Shown: piece after piece, positions 49,586 to 59,164 of the stretch
How the letters are laid out: each line of letters begins with the position of its first letter
Position numbering within the stretch: the stretch's first letter is position 1
Assembly: GCA_965261635.1 (NCBI GenBank)
Contig: OZ253463.1
Coordinates: forward strand, 353,164-417,163
Reading direction: 5' to 3'
Source of the DNA: Chloroflexota bacterium
GTDB taxonomy: Bacteria; Chloroflexota; UBA11872; VXOZ01
Length of the DNA: 64,000 nucleotides
The notes under the pieces: generated by a model
What the model was told of the DNA's origin: nothing
The model's input: the letters and a program-made list of their open reading frames with translations, nothing else
Database searches by the model: none
Position numbers and translations under genes: made by a program

Positions 49586-51343
49586 TCAACCCACTTCAGA
49601 ATTCGCGCGGTCGTCTCTAGCAAAGAACAGCAGCACGAACACGGCTAAGAATGTGCCGAGGAGCCAGAGGCGGGGGATTTCCGCAGTGACCCAGAGCAGG
49701 CCGGGGACGAGGTAGAGCAGGCGGCGGCGGTGGGGGAGCGCGAAGAGGAAGAGCGCGGCCCAGCCGAACAGGAGGTAGCGGACGTGGATAACCGGCAGCG
49801 TGAGGATGTAGAAGAGCCCGGCTTTGGCCAGCGCGCGGCGGTGGCTGGGATCGAACATCACCAGGATTGCGAAGAGCGCGTTCGCCAGGCCCACGTAGCG
49901 GTTGTCGAGCGCATTTAGCCACGCGGGGGCAGACGCGCCGAATGCTTGGTACATCTCCTGCACGAGGAGCAGCGGCTCGCCGCGGTCCAGCAGGTGTCCG
50001 CCGAGCGCCCAGCGGAAAGCCGTCAAGTCAACGGCGGCGTACGGTACTGCGATCAGTCCCAACAGACCGAGCGACGTGAGCGCGTAGAGGCCGGCGTCCT
50101 GCACGCCGCGCCAGCGCAGGTACCAGAAGAACGCCACAATGCCGGCAATGCCGAACTCCAGGCGCGTGGAAGCGGCGAGGGCCAGGAAGATGCCGGCCAG
50201 CCAGGGCTTCTCCCACCGGGCCACGGCCAGCACGAAGAAGAGCAGGGCGACGGCGTGGCTCTGCGCGTTATCGATGGTGGCGGTCAGCAGCCAGGGGTGC
50301 AGGTACCAGACGGCCGCGGCGACCAGCGCCACAAGCAACCCCAGCCGGGGCGCAGACAGTGAAGCTTCACCATCGGATTCGCTATCCGCGTTACCGGCAA
50401 CTCCCCCTGAGAAATGCCGTTGCGCTTGCAAAGCCAGCGCATAGATGACAATCGTGCTCAGCACGTCTGCGGTGTAGGTAGGAATCTTGATGGAGAGAAT
50501 CTGCGGCCAGTCGAAGTGGTACGCCGCGCGCCAAATGGGCGCCATAATCAAATTGAACGTTGCCAGTTGGTCCTGCGGCCAGGGCAGGTCGCGGGCCAGG
50601 TGGTAGTAAAGGAAGTGAGTCTTCGTGAAGACCATGCCAGCGTAGAAATAGAAGTGCTGCACGTCGCCGCCCTCGAGGAGAAGATCACGCAGGCGCAGCG
50701 CCAGACCCGCCACAAGCAGCACCACGAAAGCGCTATGCAAGCGTAAGAACTGCCCTACCCGATGCCAACTCACCAAGAGTGGATTTCCGCTTTCGCGGGA
50801 ATGACGGAATGGCGTTGTCCGGCGGAAAAGCGTCGCCAGGCGGAAAGGCGTCGCTTGACGAAGGAGCATTGCCAGGCGCAAGGGCGGCCAGCGGTCGAGC
50901 GCAGGCGCCGTATCGAGCACCCATACCTGCAGAGCGAGCGTAATTCCCACGATCACGTATGCGGCAAGCATTTTCGGCAACGCAACTTGCCAGAGCAGGT
51001 AGTGGGTGAAGTCGGTGAGATAGAACAGTGCCAGACCCGGTGCTCCCAGCCAAAAGGGCGCAAGAGACGAGTTGAATGCGCGCCCAAGCGCGGGGCCCTG
51101 CGCTCCCATGCGTCGGAGCACCCACCAATAGGCCCACTGCCAGCAGATAACGCCAACCGGTGCAAGCGCAATCGCCAACAACCACGGCAGCGACGCTTGC
51201 CACGGCCAGGCGCGACCCACAAAGAGCATTGCGAGAAAAGGGCCCGCGCAGACTCCGCGCAGAATAGCGAGAACCCCTTCTCGCCCTAATAGGAAGGCTT
51301 GAGGCTGCAAAAACTCGGAACTCTGGAGGCGAGAATCACTCAT
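49586..51343 (-). CDS. Polytopic integral membrane protein (DUF2029/glycosyltransferase-like), with an in-frame REP insertion
   Basis: The 585-aa ORF has more than 12 predicted TM segments. Codons around 50780-50880 (LRQATPFRLATLFRRTTPFRHSRESGNPL) are encoded by a dispersed REP copy plus an 18-bp tandem duplication, so the ORF may be two genes or carry an inserted segment. Confidence 0.55.
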   Translation of the reverse strand: MSDSRLQSSEFLQPQAFLLGREGVLAILRGVCAGPFLAMLFVGRAWPWQASLPWLLAIALAPVGVICWQWAYWWVLRRMGAQGPALGRAFNSSLAPFWLGAPGLALFYLTDFTHYLLWQVALPKMLAAYVIVGITLALQVWVLDTAPALDRWPPLRLAMLLRQATPFRLATLFRRTTPFRHSRESGNPLLVSWHRVGQFLRLHSAFVVLLVAGLALRLRDLLLEGGDVQHFYFYAGMVFTKTHFLYYHLARDLPWPQDQLATFNLIMAPIWRAAYHFDWPQILSIKIPTYTADVLSTIVIYALALQAQRHFSGGVAGNADSESDGEASLSAPRLGLLVALVAAAVWYLHPWLLTATIDNAQSHAVALLFFVLAVARWEKPWLAGIFLALAASTRLEFGIAGIVAFFWYLRWRGVQDAGLYALTSLGLLGLIAVPYAAVDLTAFRWALGGHLLDRGEPLLLVQEMYQAFGASAPAWLNALDNRYVGLANALFAILVMFDPSHRRALAKAGLFYILTLPVIHVRYLLFGWAALFLFALPHRRRLLYLVPGLLWVTAEIPRLWLLGTFLAVFVLLFFARDDRANSEVG

Positions 51344-51866
51344 GTGTATAAGATTACGGAAATAGCAGGTTTGGACTTAGGCCGTCCGGATATGCGAGAT
51401 AGCATACGTATCCGCACTCTGACGGGCCCCTCAATCTGTCACTCTGAGGAGCCCTTCGGCAAGCTCAGGATAAACTCAGGCGACGAAGAATCTCGTGTGC
51501 ACTGATTCTCGATTCCTCGAACTCCGGTTCGCCGAACTCTGGTTCGCCGCTGCGCTCGGAAATACAGGAAACGCAACCCAGCGAAAGGATCACGTTTAAG
51601 TCTACTAAATTCGTAGGATCGTTGCGTTTGGGACGGCTGCCAGCCGGACCACTGCCCACAATCTTAGCAAAAGCCTGCCTGCAGGGGTCTTCCTATTGCA
51701 CCCGGCCAGTTCGGCGATCAGCATCCCGCACGCAGCCGGATGAATGATCTAACTAATAGAGCTGCATTTAGAAGGATACGCGGAGGTAAGGCCACGCCGC
51801 GGCGGGCCGCCCCTGCCTCTCCCTGCACACTTTGCCGGGACCATAAACAGTCGCGATCCCAATTAC

Positions 51867-52685
51867 CTATGACACATCATCCCGCTTGCGATTTGGCACA
51901 GGCGGCGCCGCGAATGTCGCCCTCCGCGCAGCGGGACGCTCCAGCATAATCCAGCCAAAGCCTGCCTTCACATGCGCCCGTTCCCAGCCGGCTTGGAGCG
52001 CAAGGCGGTGGGTTTCAGAGGCAGTATATGATGCGGCAACGGACGCCGACGGCTCGCCGTCCTCGCATAGCTGTATCTGATCGCTGACAGATTGGCCCGC
52101 CTTGAGCACCGTCCAAAGCCAGGGATGAACATCGCGGCGCGTATCGAAGACAACGATCCGGCCCGCGGGCTGCGCAACACGCCGCAACTCCTCTAGGACT
52201 GCTACCGGGTCTTGCCAATGATGGAGCGCCAGCGTGCTGACGATGAGGTCGAACGCGCCGTCTGCGAACGGCAAGGTCTCACCTCGAGCCTGCGCAAAGA
52301 GCACGCGCTGCTTCTCATGGCTCAATTCCGCGTGGCCAACCGCCTCCGCAATCATCGGATATGAAAGGTCTACGCCAATGACCACGGCGTCGGGGGCCTG
52401 GCCCGCCAACTCGAGCGGAAACCACCCCGGCCCGCACCCCACGTCGAGGACACGCCATTGCACTGAACCGGCAGCAGCGTAGTGCGCCAGGTAGCCGCGA
52501 ATCAGCCGCAACGGCAGCAGCCCCATGAAGCGGCTGTAACTTGCTACGTTTTCCGGCCGCTCAATTGCCTCTTTATGCGAGGTGCGTTGCAGGGGCGGAT
52601 CGCCAGCCCACTGCCGCAACCAACGCACGAGCAGGATGCCGGCCCCGGCAATGAGCGCAATTGCCCCGAGACGCCGTGCGTTCAC
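51867..52685 (-). CDS. Class I SAM-dependent methyltransferase (Methyltransf_11/UbiE-like) with an N-terminal TM anchor
   Basis: Motif I VLDVGCGPG and a post-I acidic DLS. N-terminal hydrophobic helix. Confidence 0.75.
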   Translation of the reverse strand: MNARRLGAIALIAGAGILLVRWLRQWAGDPPLQRTSHKEAIERPENVASYSRFMGLLPLRLIRGYLAHYAAAGSVQWRVLDVGCGPGWFPLELAGQAPDAVVIGVDLSYPMIAEAVGHAELSHEKQRVLFAQARGETLPFADGAFDLIVSTLALHHWQDPVAVLEELRRVAQPAGRIVVFDTRRDVHPWLWTVLKAGQSVSDQIQLCEDGEPSASVAASYTASETHRLALQAGWERAHVKAGFGWIMLERPAARRATFAAPPVPNRKRDDVS

Positions 52686-52809
52686 AAGAGTCGCTCCTCA
52701 GTTTCAAACAGTGACAGCCCTACCGCTACCATAGCCCTGCGGCTTGCGTGGCGGACCCCGGACACGTGGTGTCGCCGCAATGCGGCGCGATGGCGGGCAG
52801 CACGTAACA

Positions 52810-53772
52810 CTATGATTCCGCTTCCTGCACGTTTAGGACACGCACGTGCGCCTGCTCTGCTGCCGACTGCGCCGGACCGGAAAGCGGCCCGTTCACTACC
52901 AGCACGCCAACCTTGTGCGTATCTCCCTCCAATGCCGCCACAAGCTGCTCGACTTCGCTTGCGGGCACCGGCAGTTCCGGCACCACGCGCACGGCCAGGA
53001 AGCGTGCGCCTCTCTCCAGAGTAAGAGAGGCGGCCCCTTCATCCTGGCTGTCAGCCAGGGCCACCGCATATCCCTGTCGGCGCAGCCCGCGCACCGCAGC
53101 TTCCAGCAGCGAGGCACGCAACGACGCTTGGGGAGTCTTCGCAACCGGTGTCAGCGCCTTCAGCACGTCCTGGTGAATCCAGTGTTCTTGCGGCGTGGGG
53201 CCGATGTGCACCGGAGGATTCTCCAGAAACCGGTCCGCCCGGGAGTTCGCGCCACAGTAACACATAATAGCGTACCCAATAGGAATGCCGACCACACTGC
53301 CCACCGACGTAAAGAAGGCGAGCCAGAGCCAAAGGCCCTTCACGCGCATACCTTGGGCCACATACCAGCCACCGGTAAGCAAGAATGCCCCCCACTGCCA
53401 CTGTGTCGGCACAAGCGGCATTTGTCCGTTTGCCTCGCACCAGTGGCGATAGGCATCACCCCGAAACGACGCGGCACAATAGCAACCAAAGAACGACCAG
53501 AGTATGAGCGAACCGACGATCGCGGGAGGCACGGCCGCCGGAAATGAGAGCTGGCGGATGAGGAACAGCGTGTTGATAATCGCGAGTACAGTCACGGCGA
53601 CTTGGGGCACAAGCAGCACACGCCCCTTTTCACTTATTCCCTGCCGCAGATACCAGATCGCGCCGAGCGCAAACGCGGGCCAACTCCAGCCGTTGGGCGG
53701 CAGAGTGGGCCAAGCGGGAGATTGGACTGTCGAGGAAAGCTCCACTTGCAAGGCCTTTACGTCTGGTAGCAC
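52810..53772 (-). CDS. Membrane protein with a C-terminal restriction-endonuclease-like (Mrr-cat-like, possibly degenerate) domain
   Basis: Four or more N-terminal TM helices. The C-terminal ~110 aa (LEAAVRGLRRQGYAVALADS.DEG...LAVRVV...VGVLVV) resemble the Mrr catalytic fold but lack a clear D-(D/E)xK motif. Confidence 0.4.
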   Translation of the reverse strand: MLPDVKALQVELSSTVQSPAWPTLPPNGWSWPAFALGAIWYLRQGISEKGRVLLVPQVAVTVLAIINTLFLIRQLSFPAAVPPAIVGSLILWSFFGCYCAASFRGDAYRHWCEANGQMPLVPTQWQWGAFLLTGGWYVAQGMRVKGLWLWLAFFTSVGSVVGIPIGYAIMCYCGANSRADRFLENPPVHIGPTPQEHWIHQDVLKALTPVAKTPQASLRASLLEAAVRGLRRQGYAVALADSQDEGAASLTLERGARFLAVRVVPELPVPASEVEQLVAALEGDTHKVGVLVVNGPLSGPAQSAAEQAHVRVLNVQEAES

Positions 53773-54390
53773 AGAAATTCCAGGTCAGAGAGCACGAGCA
53801 TTCCCGTGCCTACACCGGTCATTGCAGGATTATTACCTTGTGTTGAACAAACACTCAAGCTGCTTAGAAACCGGCTTGTGATAGTTGTAACAGCCGTAGC
53901 AATCGGCGGAGAGCATGTCAATGCCACATAACGCCAAAACCGCGCATACAGATAAGAAGGGTGATTTGGCCGTATCTACCGCCCATTGTGGAGAGCAATC
54001 ATTAAATTGTCAATTTCGCCCACATTGTAGTATGCGACAATCGAGCGATGCGGTCTATCGGTGCTCTATATGGTGTAACCCAGCAACGAGCTACACTGCC
54101 GCCCAAGAGCAGTTTCTTATCAAGCTCTTAGGAAACTTCGCGGAAGAGATTTGGGCGGAAGGCCACTTTTCCCTGCAATAGCGCGCATCAATCGTTTTTC
54201 CATAAGCTTGACAGCAGCAGCCATTCTTAGATATCCTGGAAATGCATGTGAAAGTGCACACAAAGTAGTAGTACGAGGAATTTCAGAAGAAGGAAATTAC
54301 TGCCTTAGTAGGTACACTTGCGTACCGCGTCCGTGTGCTGCATGCATTTGGTATTCGGGTACTAGTGTTCAGTTTTCGCTGGAGGATCTG

Positions 54391-54861
54391 ATGGAGGCAA
54401 CAGTTCAAGTTCTAACGTGTGCGCGCTGTGACACTGACATTTCCGGTCAGCGTGACGGCAAATCCAAGCGTGCCGGCCTGTGTGCGCGCTGTGGCCGCGC
54501 GGAGCGGCTCTCTACCTATTTCAAGCGTTACTACCAGCGCAACAAAGACAAGATTCTTGAAAAGAATCGCAGGTGGGCGCGGGAGAATAAAGAGCGCGTG
54601 GCGGAGTTGCGCCGCATCCGCTTGAGCAAGCAGCCCAAGAAGCCCAAGGAACCACAATTCTGCACCGATTGCGGTACCGTTGTCCAGCGTGCGCTGCGCT
54701 GTCGTAAGTGCTACGTGCGCAACAAGTACCACACCGATGCCGAATATCGCCGCAAGCGCCTCATCACGACCAAGCGCTGGGCCCAGAAGAAGCGCGAGGA
54801 AGCACGCGTGCGCAAGATGATCGATTCTACCGAGACTGCAGCCCAGCCGGTAGGACGTTAG
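54391..54861 (+). CDS. Hypothetical basic zinc-ribbon protein
   Basis: A GGAGG RBS lies 6 nt upstream of the ATG. It has paired CxxC motifs (CARC...CARC; CTDC...CRKC) and is Lys/Arg-rich. It sits in a lower-GC islet abutting the 3' end of tRNA-Asp. Confidence 0.45.
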   Translation: MEATVQVLTCARCDTDISGQRDGKSKRAGLCARCGRAERLSTYFKRYYQRNKDKILEKNRRWARENKERVAELRRIRLSKQPKKPKEPQFCTDCGTVVQRALRCRKCYVRNKYHTDAEYRRKRLITTKRWAQKKREEARVRKMIDSTETAAQPVGR

Positions 54862-54915
54862 AAGCGCGTAGCAAGCCCTGTCTTCGGTCACGCACCGAAA
54901 CAGTGCACGGAATTG

Positions 54916-54951
54916 AAGAAGCCGCGAGCCCAACTGCTCGCGGCTTCTTCT
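54916..54951 (+). terminator. Perfect 15-bp stem hairpin terminator candidate
   Basis: gaagaagccgcgagc-ccaact-gctcgcggcttcttc, then tgtct, 55 nt after the zinc-ribbon ORF stop. Confidence 0.5.
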
Positions 54952-55114
54952 GTCTAAAGGATTGGCCTGGCAGGAACACCATACTCTAGCCGTGAAAGTG
55001 CAGTAGTAGCAGGTGCCTTACTCAGACAAATAAAGAGGAGGACCGTGAAATCACGATCCTCACACGTTGTTGCGTATAGTGAAAGCCGCTGCCCGGATAT
55101 TGTATTCAGGGGGC

Positions 55115-55188
55115 GGTCCCGACCGGATTCGAACCGGCGATCTCAGCCTTGACAGGGCCGTGTGTTGGGCCAACTACACCACGGGACC
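55115..55188 (-). tRNA. tRNA-Asp (anticodon GTC)
   Basis: Reverse complement gives the acceptor GGTCCCG/CGGGACC, anticodon loop CTGTCAA, and T-arm GGTTCGAATCC. Confidence 0.8.
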
Positions 55189-55220
55189 AATACGTTCTCA
55201 CATACGCGGAGAACCGTCGC

Positions 55221-55306
55221 GGTGGGCCGGGGAGGATTCGAACCTCCGTAGCCATTACAGCGCCAGATTTACAGTCTGGTGGTTTTGACCGCTCGCCCAC
55301 CGACCC
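55221..55306 (-). tRNA. tRNA-Tyr (anticodon GTA), class II with a long variable arm
   Basis: Reverse complement gives the acceptor GGGTCGG/CCGGCCC (one G-U pair), anticodon loop CTGTAAA, a long variable arm, and T-arm GGAGGTTCGAATCCTCC. Length is 86 nt. Confidence 0.8.
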
Positions 55307-55533
55307 ATAAATTAGGCAGCAAGCAGGTATTCGCTTCCTAAAAATCAGTATAGCAGTGAAAGCCCCCTTTGTCACCACCCCCAGTCGTCCGTACGTGTTC
55401 AACGCATAGGTTCCCACTGATAGCTTGCAAGCATAGCAGGGGCACCAATGCGATACGGCCGCACGGCGCCTGCAGGTGCCTAGTCAAAGCGCAAAGTAAG
55501 GGCGGAGCGGCGGTGCAAGCGTGATGCCTTGCC

Positions 55534-56433
55534 TCATTCCTTCGTACGATTGACGAGATAGATCCCGGCTGCTACCAGCACCGCGCCCGAAATTAGCTCA
55601 AGGCCGAGCGGCTCGTCCAACAGCAGGTTGCTCAGCACAACGCCAAAGAGCGGCGTTACAAAGAATAGCACTACCAGTCGACTCGCGCGGTAGTGCCGCA
55701 GCACTGACGTCCATGCCACAAAGCAGAAACCGGCCACCACAAGGCCCTGGTACAGAATGGCAGCGACGCTGGAAAGTGTTAGCTGATACTCCCAGCCCTG
55801 CTCGAAGATAAGGCTCAACAGAAAGAACCAAGGCAGGCTGAAGAGCATGGTCCAGATCAAGAGTCGATACGGGTGGATGCTCTGCACCAGCCGCTTGGTT
55901 GCGACTACCCGCAAACCCAGGAGAGCGCCGCTTGCCAATACGATAGCATCGCCAATCAAGAGTTCACGTGTGCCAAGATTCAAACTCTCCATAAACGTCA
56001 CGGTGACACCGCCAAAGGCAAGCAGGATGCCCGTAGTTTTCAGGACGGTCAGCCGGTCACCCTGAATCAGGTAGTGTGCAAAGAGGGTAGTAAAGAGCGG
56101 ATAGGTGCTGTTGAGCACGACAGAGCGAGATGAGGTAGTGAAGTGCGTACCCACGTTGAGGGCAATGATCTGGAGCAGAAAAATCAGCGAGAGATAGATG
56201 AGGGGTACCAGTTCGCCCGGTTCCAGTCGGATCCGGACCCGCTGCCACCTGGCCCAGCCCGTAACCGCTGCCAGTCCGATGATGAAACGGAAGCCGGCCA
56301 GCGCCAACGGCGGAATGTCCTGCAATCCGATTTTGATGGCAACGGAGTTGCCGCCCCACAGTAACGCCAAGAGTAGAACAAGCGCTACGATGCTGGCATC
56401 GGGATTGCGGTTCGATCCTTGAGTAGACTCCAT
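55534..56433 (-). CDS. DMT superfamily (EamA-like) transporter
   Basis: A 299-aa protein with 10 TMs and two EamA repeats. Confidence 0.8.
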   Translation of the reverse strand: MESTQGSNRNPDASIVALVLLLALLWGGNSVAIKIGLQDIPPLALAGFRFIIGLAAVTGWARWQRVRIRLEPGELVPLIYLSLIFLLQIIALNVGTHFTTSSRSVVLNSTYPLFTTLFAHYLIQGDRLTVLKTTGILLAFGGVTVTFMESLNLGTRELLIGDAIVLASGALLGLRVVATKRLVQSIHPYRLLIWTMLFSLPWFFLLSLIFEQGWEYQLTLSSVAAILYQGLVVAGFCFVAWTSVLRHYRASRLVVLFFVTPLFGVVLSNLLLDEPLGLELISGAVLVAAGIYLVNRTKE

Positions 56434-56643
56434 AGCGGCGGATCAAGCGGAAAGGGAGGAGCGGAAACTATCCGCTCCCCGCGCAGCGCACATGGTCTCG
56501 TACACGCGTTACGCCATGGTACTTTCTAGAGTTTCTCACCCTAAAACCGGACCGGAAACACCCCTGCAATCGCCTCCGTTGCAACAGCGTAGTCGCTATC
56601 CGGGTCAATTCACGCCGCCTCCCCAGCCAACGCCGGTATCCAA

Positions 56644-56718
56644 TGGAGCCGACGGCCGGATTTGAACCGGCGGCCTATGGTTTACGAAACCATTGCTCTA
56701 CCACTGAGCTACGTCGGC
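56644..56718 (-). tRNA. tRNA-Thr (anticodon CGT)
   Basis: Reverse complement is GCCGACGTAGCTCAGTGGTAGAGC...anticodon loop TTCGTAA...GGTTCAAATCCGGCCGTCGGCTCCA. Confidence 0.8.
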
Positions 56719-56974
56719 AGGGAGATGCCTTTTCAATTGTAGCATACACACCATACGCCACTGTCCGGTCACTATGCGCGGCGGCTATGGCCTCTCGATT
56801 GGGCGGCTGGCGCAGATTCGAGTCCGGGTCTCTCTTGGGGAGGCACTGTCAGTCGCATGGTTGCACACTATCAGACGCGTGTGACTAGAGACTCCGTTCG
56901 TGGTGAGCCTGCCCTGAGCTTAACGGAGTGTCGAAGCACATCTTGAAGGCTGGGCCTATTGACCCCTGAATCTT

Positions 56975-57150
56975 TAGTAGCGCAGGTTTGTAACCTGCGT
57001 CCATTGCCCATACGGTAGCTTTGCAACCTGCGACCATTCCCCGTACAGCAGCTTTGCAACTTTGATCTGCAGTAGTTCAGTTTTGCAGCTTGTGTCCATC
57101 CTCGTAGCGCAGGTTTGTAACCTGTGCCTGCCGGTTGCAGGCGCGATCCT
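56975..57150. repeat. Tandem array of four GCAGGTTTGTAACCTGC-type palindromic units
   Basis: tagcgcaggtttgtaacctgcg / tagctttgcaacctgcg / agctttgcaactttgatctgc / tagcgcaggtttgtaacctgtg. Single copies of the same palindrome occur at 8131-8147, 11003-11019 and 27443-27459. Confidence 0.55.
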
Positions 57151-57211
57151 TGGGCGAACCCTCTTCCCTCAGTGCCCTACCGTCGCACGCCAACCCTCAT
57201 CCCAACGCGGA

Positions 57212-59164
57212 TTATTGCAACGCTTCTGCAGGCGCCGGCCCATCTTCGCGCCTCGCTTGCGGCGGGCCTCCCAACTCGAGGTCCGGCAGAAGCAGGGCCG
57301 CAAGGAGGCAAAAGAACATATAAGCTGTAGCGAAGGTGTAGACGCGTTGCAAGGCAGTGGTGATGCCGGTTTGAATTGCGCGCGTGACCACGGCCGCAAC
57401 CTCTGCCGCCCGACTGCGTAACTCTGCCTGGATTTGGGAGACTATCTGAGTCTGCGCATCGCTGACAATTGCCTCTTCCTGCGCCAGAAAACGCGCTTGG
57501 ATCGTCTTCAGAAGCTCATCTCGGGCAGAAACGGCGGCAGGCGGGTTTGCGAGCACAGTCTTTACCTCTTGCGGGATGAGCGGATTCTGCAACGCCGCGT
57601 CGCGGGCAGTTGTGTCACCGGCGAGCGCGGCCTCGATTTGCTCAAGCGACTGCGCCAACCCCATCCGTACCTGATCGCCAATGCTGCCTGCCTGTAGCCG
57701 AGACTCGAATTCCTTCGGCAAAGCCGGGTCTGCCAGCAACGCTTGGCGAGCGCTCTCATCTCCGATCAGCGCCGCGACCACCTGTTGCTCCAGAGCCGCA
57801 AAGCGCGCCTCTACCGCTGCGGCTAGGTTGCCGATGCTGCTCCCATCTTCCACTGCCAGTCCTCCCATTTGCTCGCGCAATTCCAGCGGCACATTCTCAG
57901 TAGCCGATGCAGTGACGGTCGCGGCGAGCACGGTGCCCATGAGGGCGACGGAAGCTGTGGAGCCCACCTGGCGCACGAACTGCAGCGTGCTCGTGGCAGT
58001 GCCGAGGCGGTTGCGGGGCACGGCATTCTGCACGGCAAGCGTATAGAGCGGCAGCGACGGTCCCAGGCTGAGGCCGATCACTACCATGAGCGGGAGCACC
58101 TGCCACAACGGCGTATCGACACGCAGATTGAAGGCAAAGGCCGCAAAGGCGATGATGCCGAAGCAGATCGACACCAAGAGCGGCTTCTTGTAGCGGCCGA
58201 AGCGGCTGGCCAACTGGCCGCCCAGCATGCTGCCCGCCACCACGCCCAATACGAGGGGAGTAATTGAAAGGCCGGAATTCGTCGCCGAAAATCCCTTCAC
58301 GTGCACCAGATAGAGCGGCAGAAAAACAACGGAGCCGAGGAACGCGCCGCCAAAGAAGAAACTTCCCACCACCGCCCAGCGGAAGACCTTGATCTGGAAG
58401 AGCTTCAGTTGAATCAATGGATCAACGCTGCGCCGTTGCCACCACAGGAAGAGAAGCAAACCGACGAGTGCAAGTGCAGCCAGGCCGAAAACCTGTCCGG
58501 AGAGCCAGGGGTACGTTGAGCCGCCAAGGGAGAGCGCAAGCACGAGCGGCACGACCCAAAGGGCAAGCATGATCACTCCCAGCAGGTCGAAGCGGCCGCG
58601 CTGTTCGGACTGGAGCCGGGGCATGAAGCCCACGAGAAAGATGATGGCAACGACACCGAGCGGCAGATTGATATAGAAAATCCAGCGCCAGGAGAGCAGG
58701 TCGGTCAGGAAACCGCCGAGCCAGGGCCCCGCCACACTGGAGATTCCGAAGACGCCGCCCAGCATGCCTTGCATCCGTCCCCGCTCGCGGGGCGAAAAGA
58801 GCAGGCCAATCAACGAAAAAGCCAGGGCGAATATGCCGCCGCCGCCAAAGCCCTGCAAGGCACGAAAGGCAATCAGCGCCTCGATGCCCGGCGCCAGACC
58901 GGAAAGCGCGGAGCCGGCAAGAAAGACACTCACAGCGGCAAGCAGCACCCATTTTGCGGGGAATAGCTCCACAAGACGCCCGAAGAGCGGCAACCCAATC
59001 ACCGAGGCAAGGAGGTACGCCGTCACCACCCAGGCGTAGTAGTTCAGCCCGCCGAGTTCTTCCGTAATGCGCGGCAACGCCGTGGTGACAATCGTCTGAT
59101 CGAGCGCCCCCAGGAAGAGCGCCAAAGCAATGCCAATAGAACTCAGCCGCTGTACTCTGGTCAA
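57212..59164 (-). CDS. MFS transporter, DHA2 (EmrB/QacA) drug:H+ antiporter family, with a ~200-aa C-terminal soluble extension
   Basis: Fourteen TMs with MFS motif A (G.LaDr.GRk-like). The C-terminal tail has repeated A/Q/L-rich segments. Confidence 0.85.
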   Translation of the reverse strand: MTRVQRLSSIGIALALFLGALDQTIVTTALPRITEELGGLNYYAWVVTAYLLASVIGLPLFGRLVELFPAKWVLLAAVSVFLAGSALSGLAPGIEALIAFRALQGFGGGGIFALAFSLIGLLFSPRERGRMQGMLGGVFGISSVAGPWLGGFLTDLLSWRWIFYINLPLGVVAIIFLVGFMPRLQSEQRGRFDLLGVIMLALWVVPLVLALSLGGSTYPWLSGQVFGLAALALVGLLLFLWWQRRSVDPLIQLKLFQIKVFRWAVVGSFFFGGAFLGSVVFLPLYLVHVKGFSATNSGLSITPLVLGVVAGSMLGGQLASRFGRYKKPLLVSICFGIIAFAAFAFNLRVDTPLWQVLPLMVVIGLSLGPSLPLYTLAVQNAVPRNRLGTATSTLQFVRQVGSTASVALMGTVLAATVTASATENVPLELREQMGGLAVEDGSSIGNLAAAVEARFAALEQQVVAALIGDESARQALLADPALPKEFESRLQAGSIGDQVRMGLAQSLEQIEAALAGDTTARDAALQNPLIPQEVKTVLANPPAAVSARDELLKTIQARFLAQEEAIVSDAQTQIVSQIQAELRSRAAEVAAVVTRAIQTGITTALQRVYTFATAYMFFCLLAALLLPDLELGGPPQARREDGPAPAEALQ

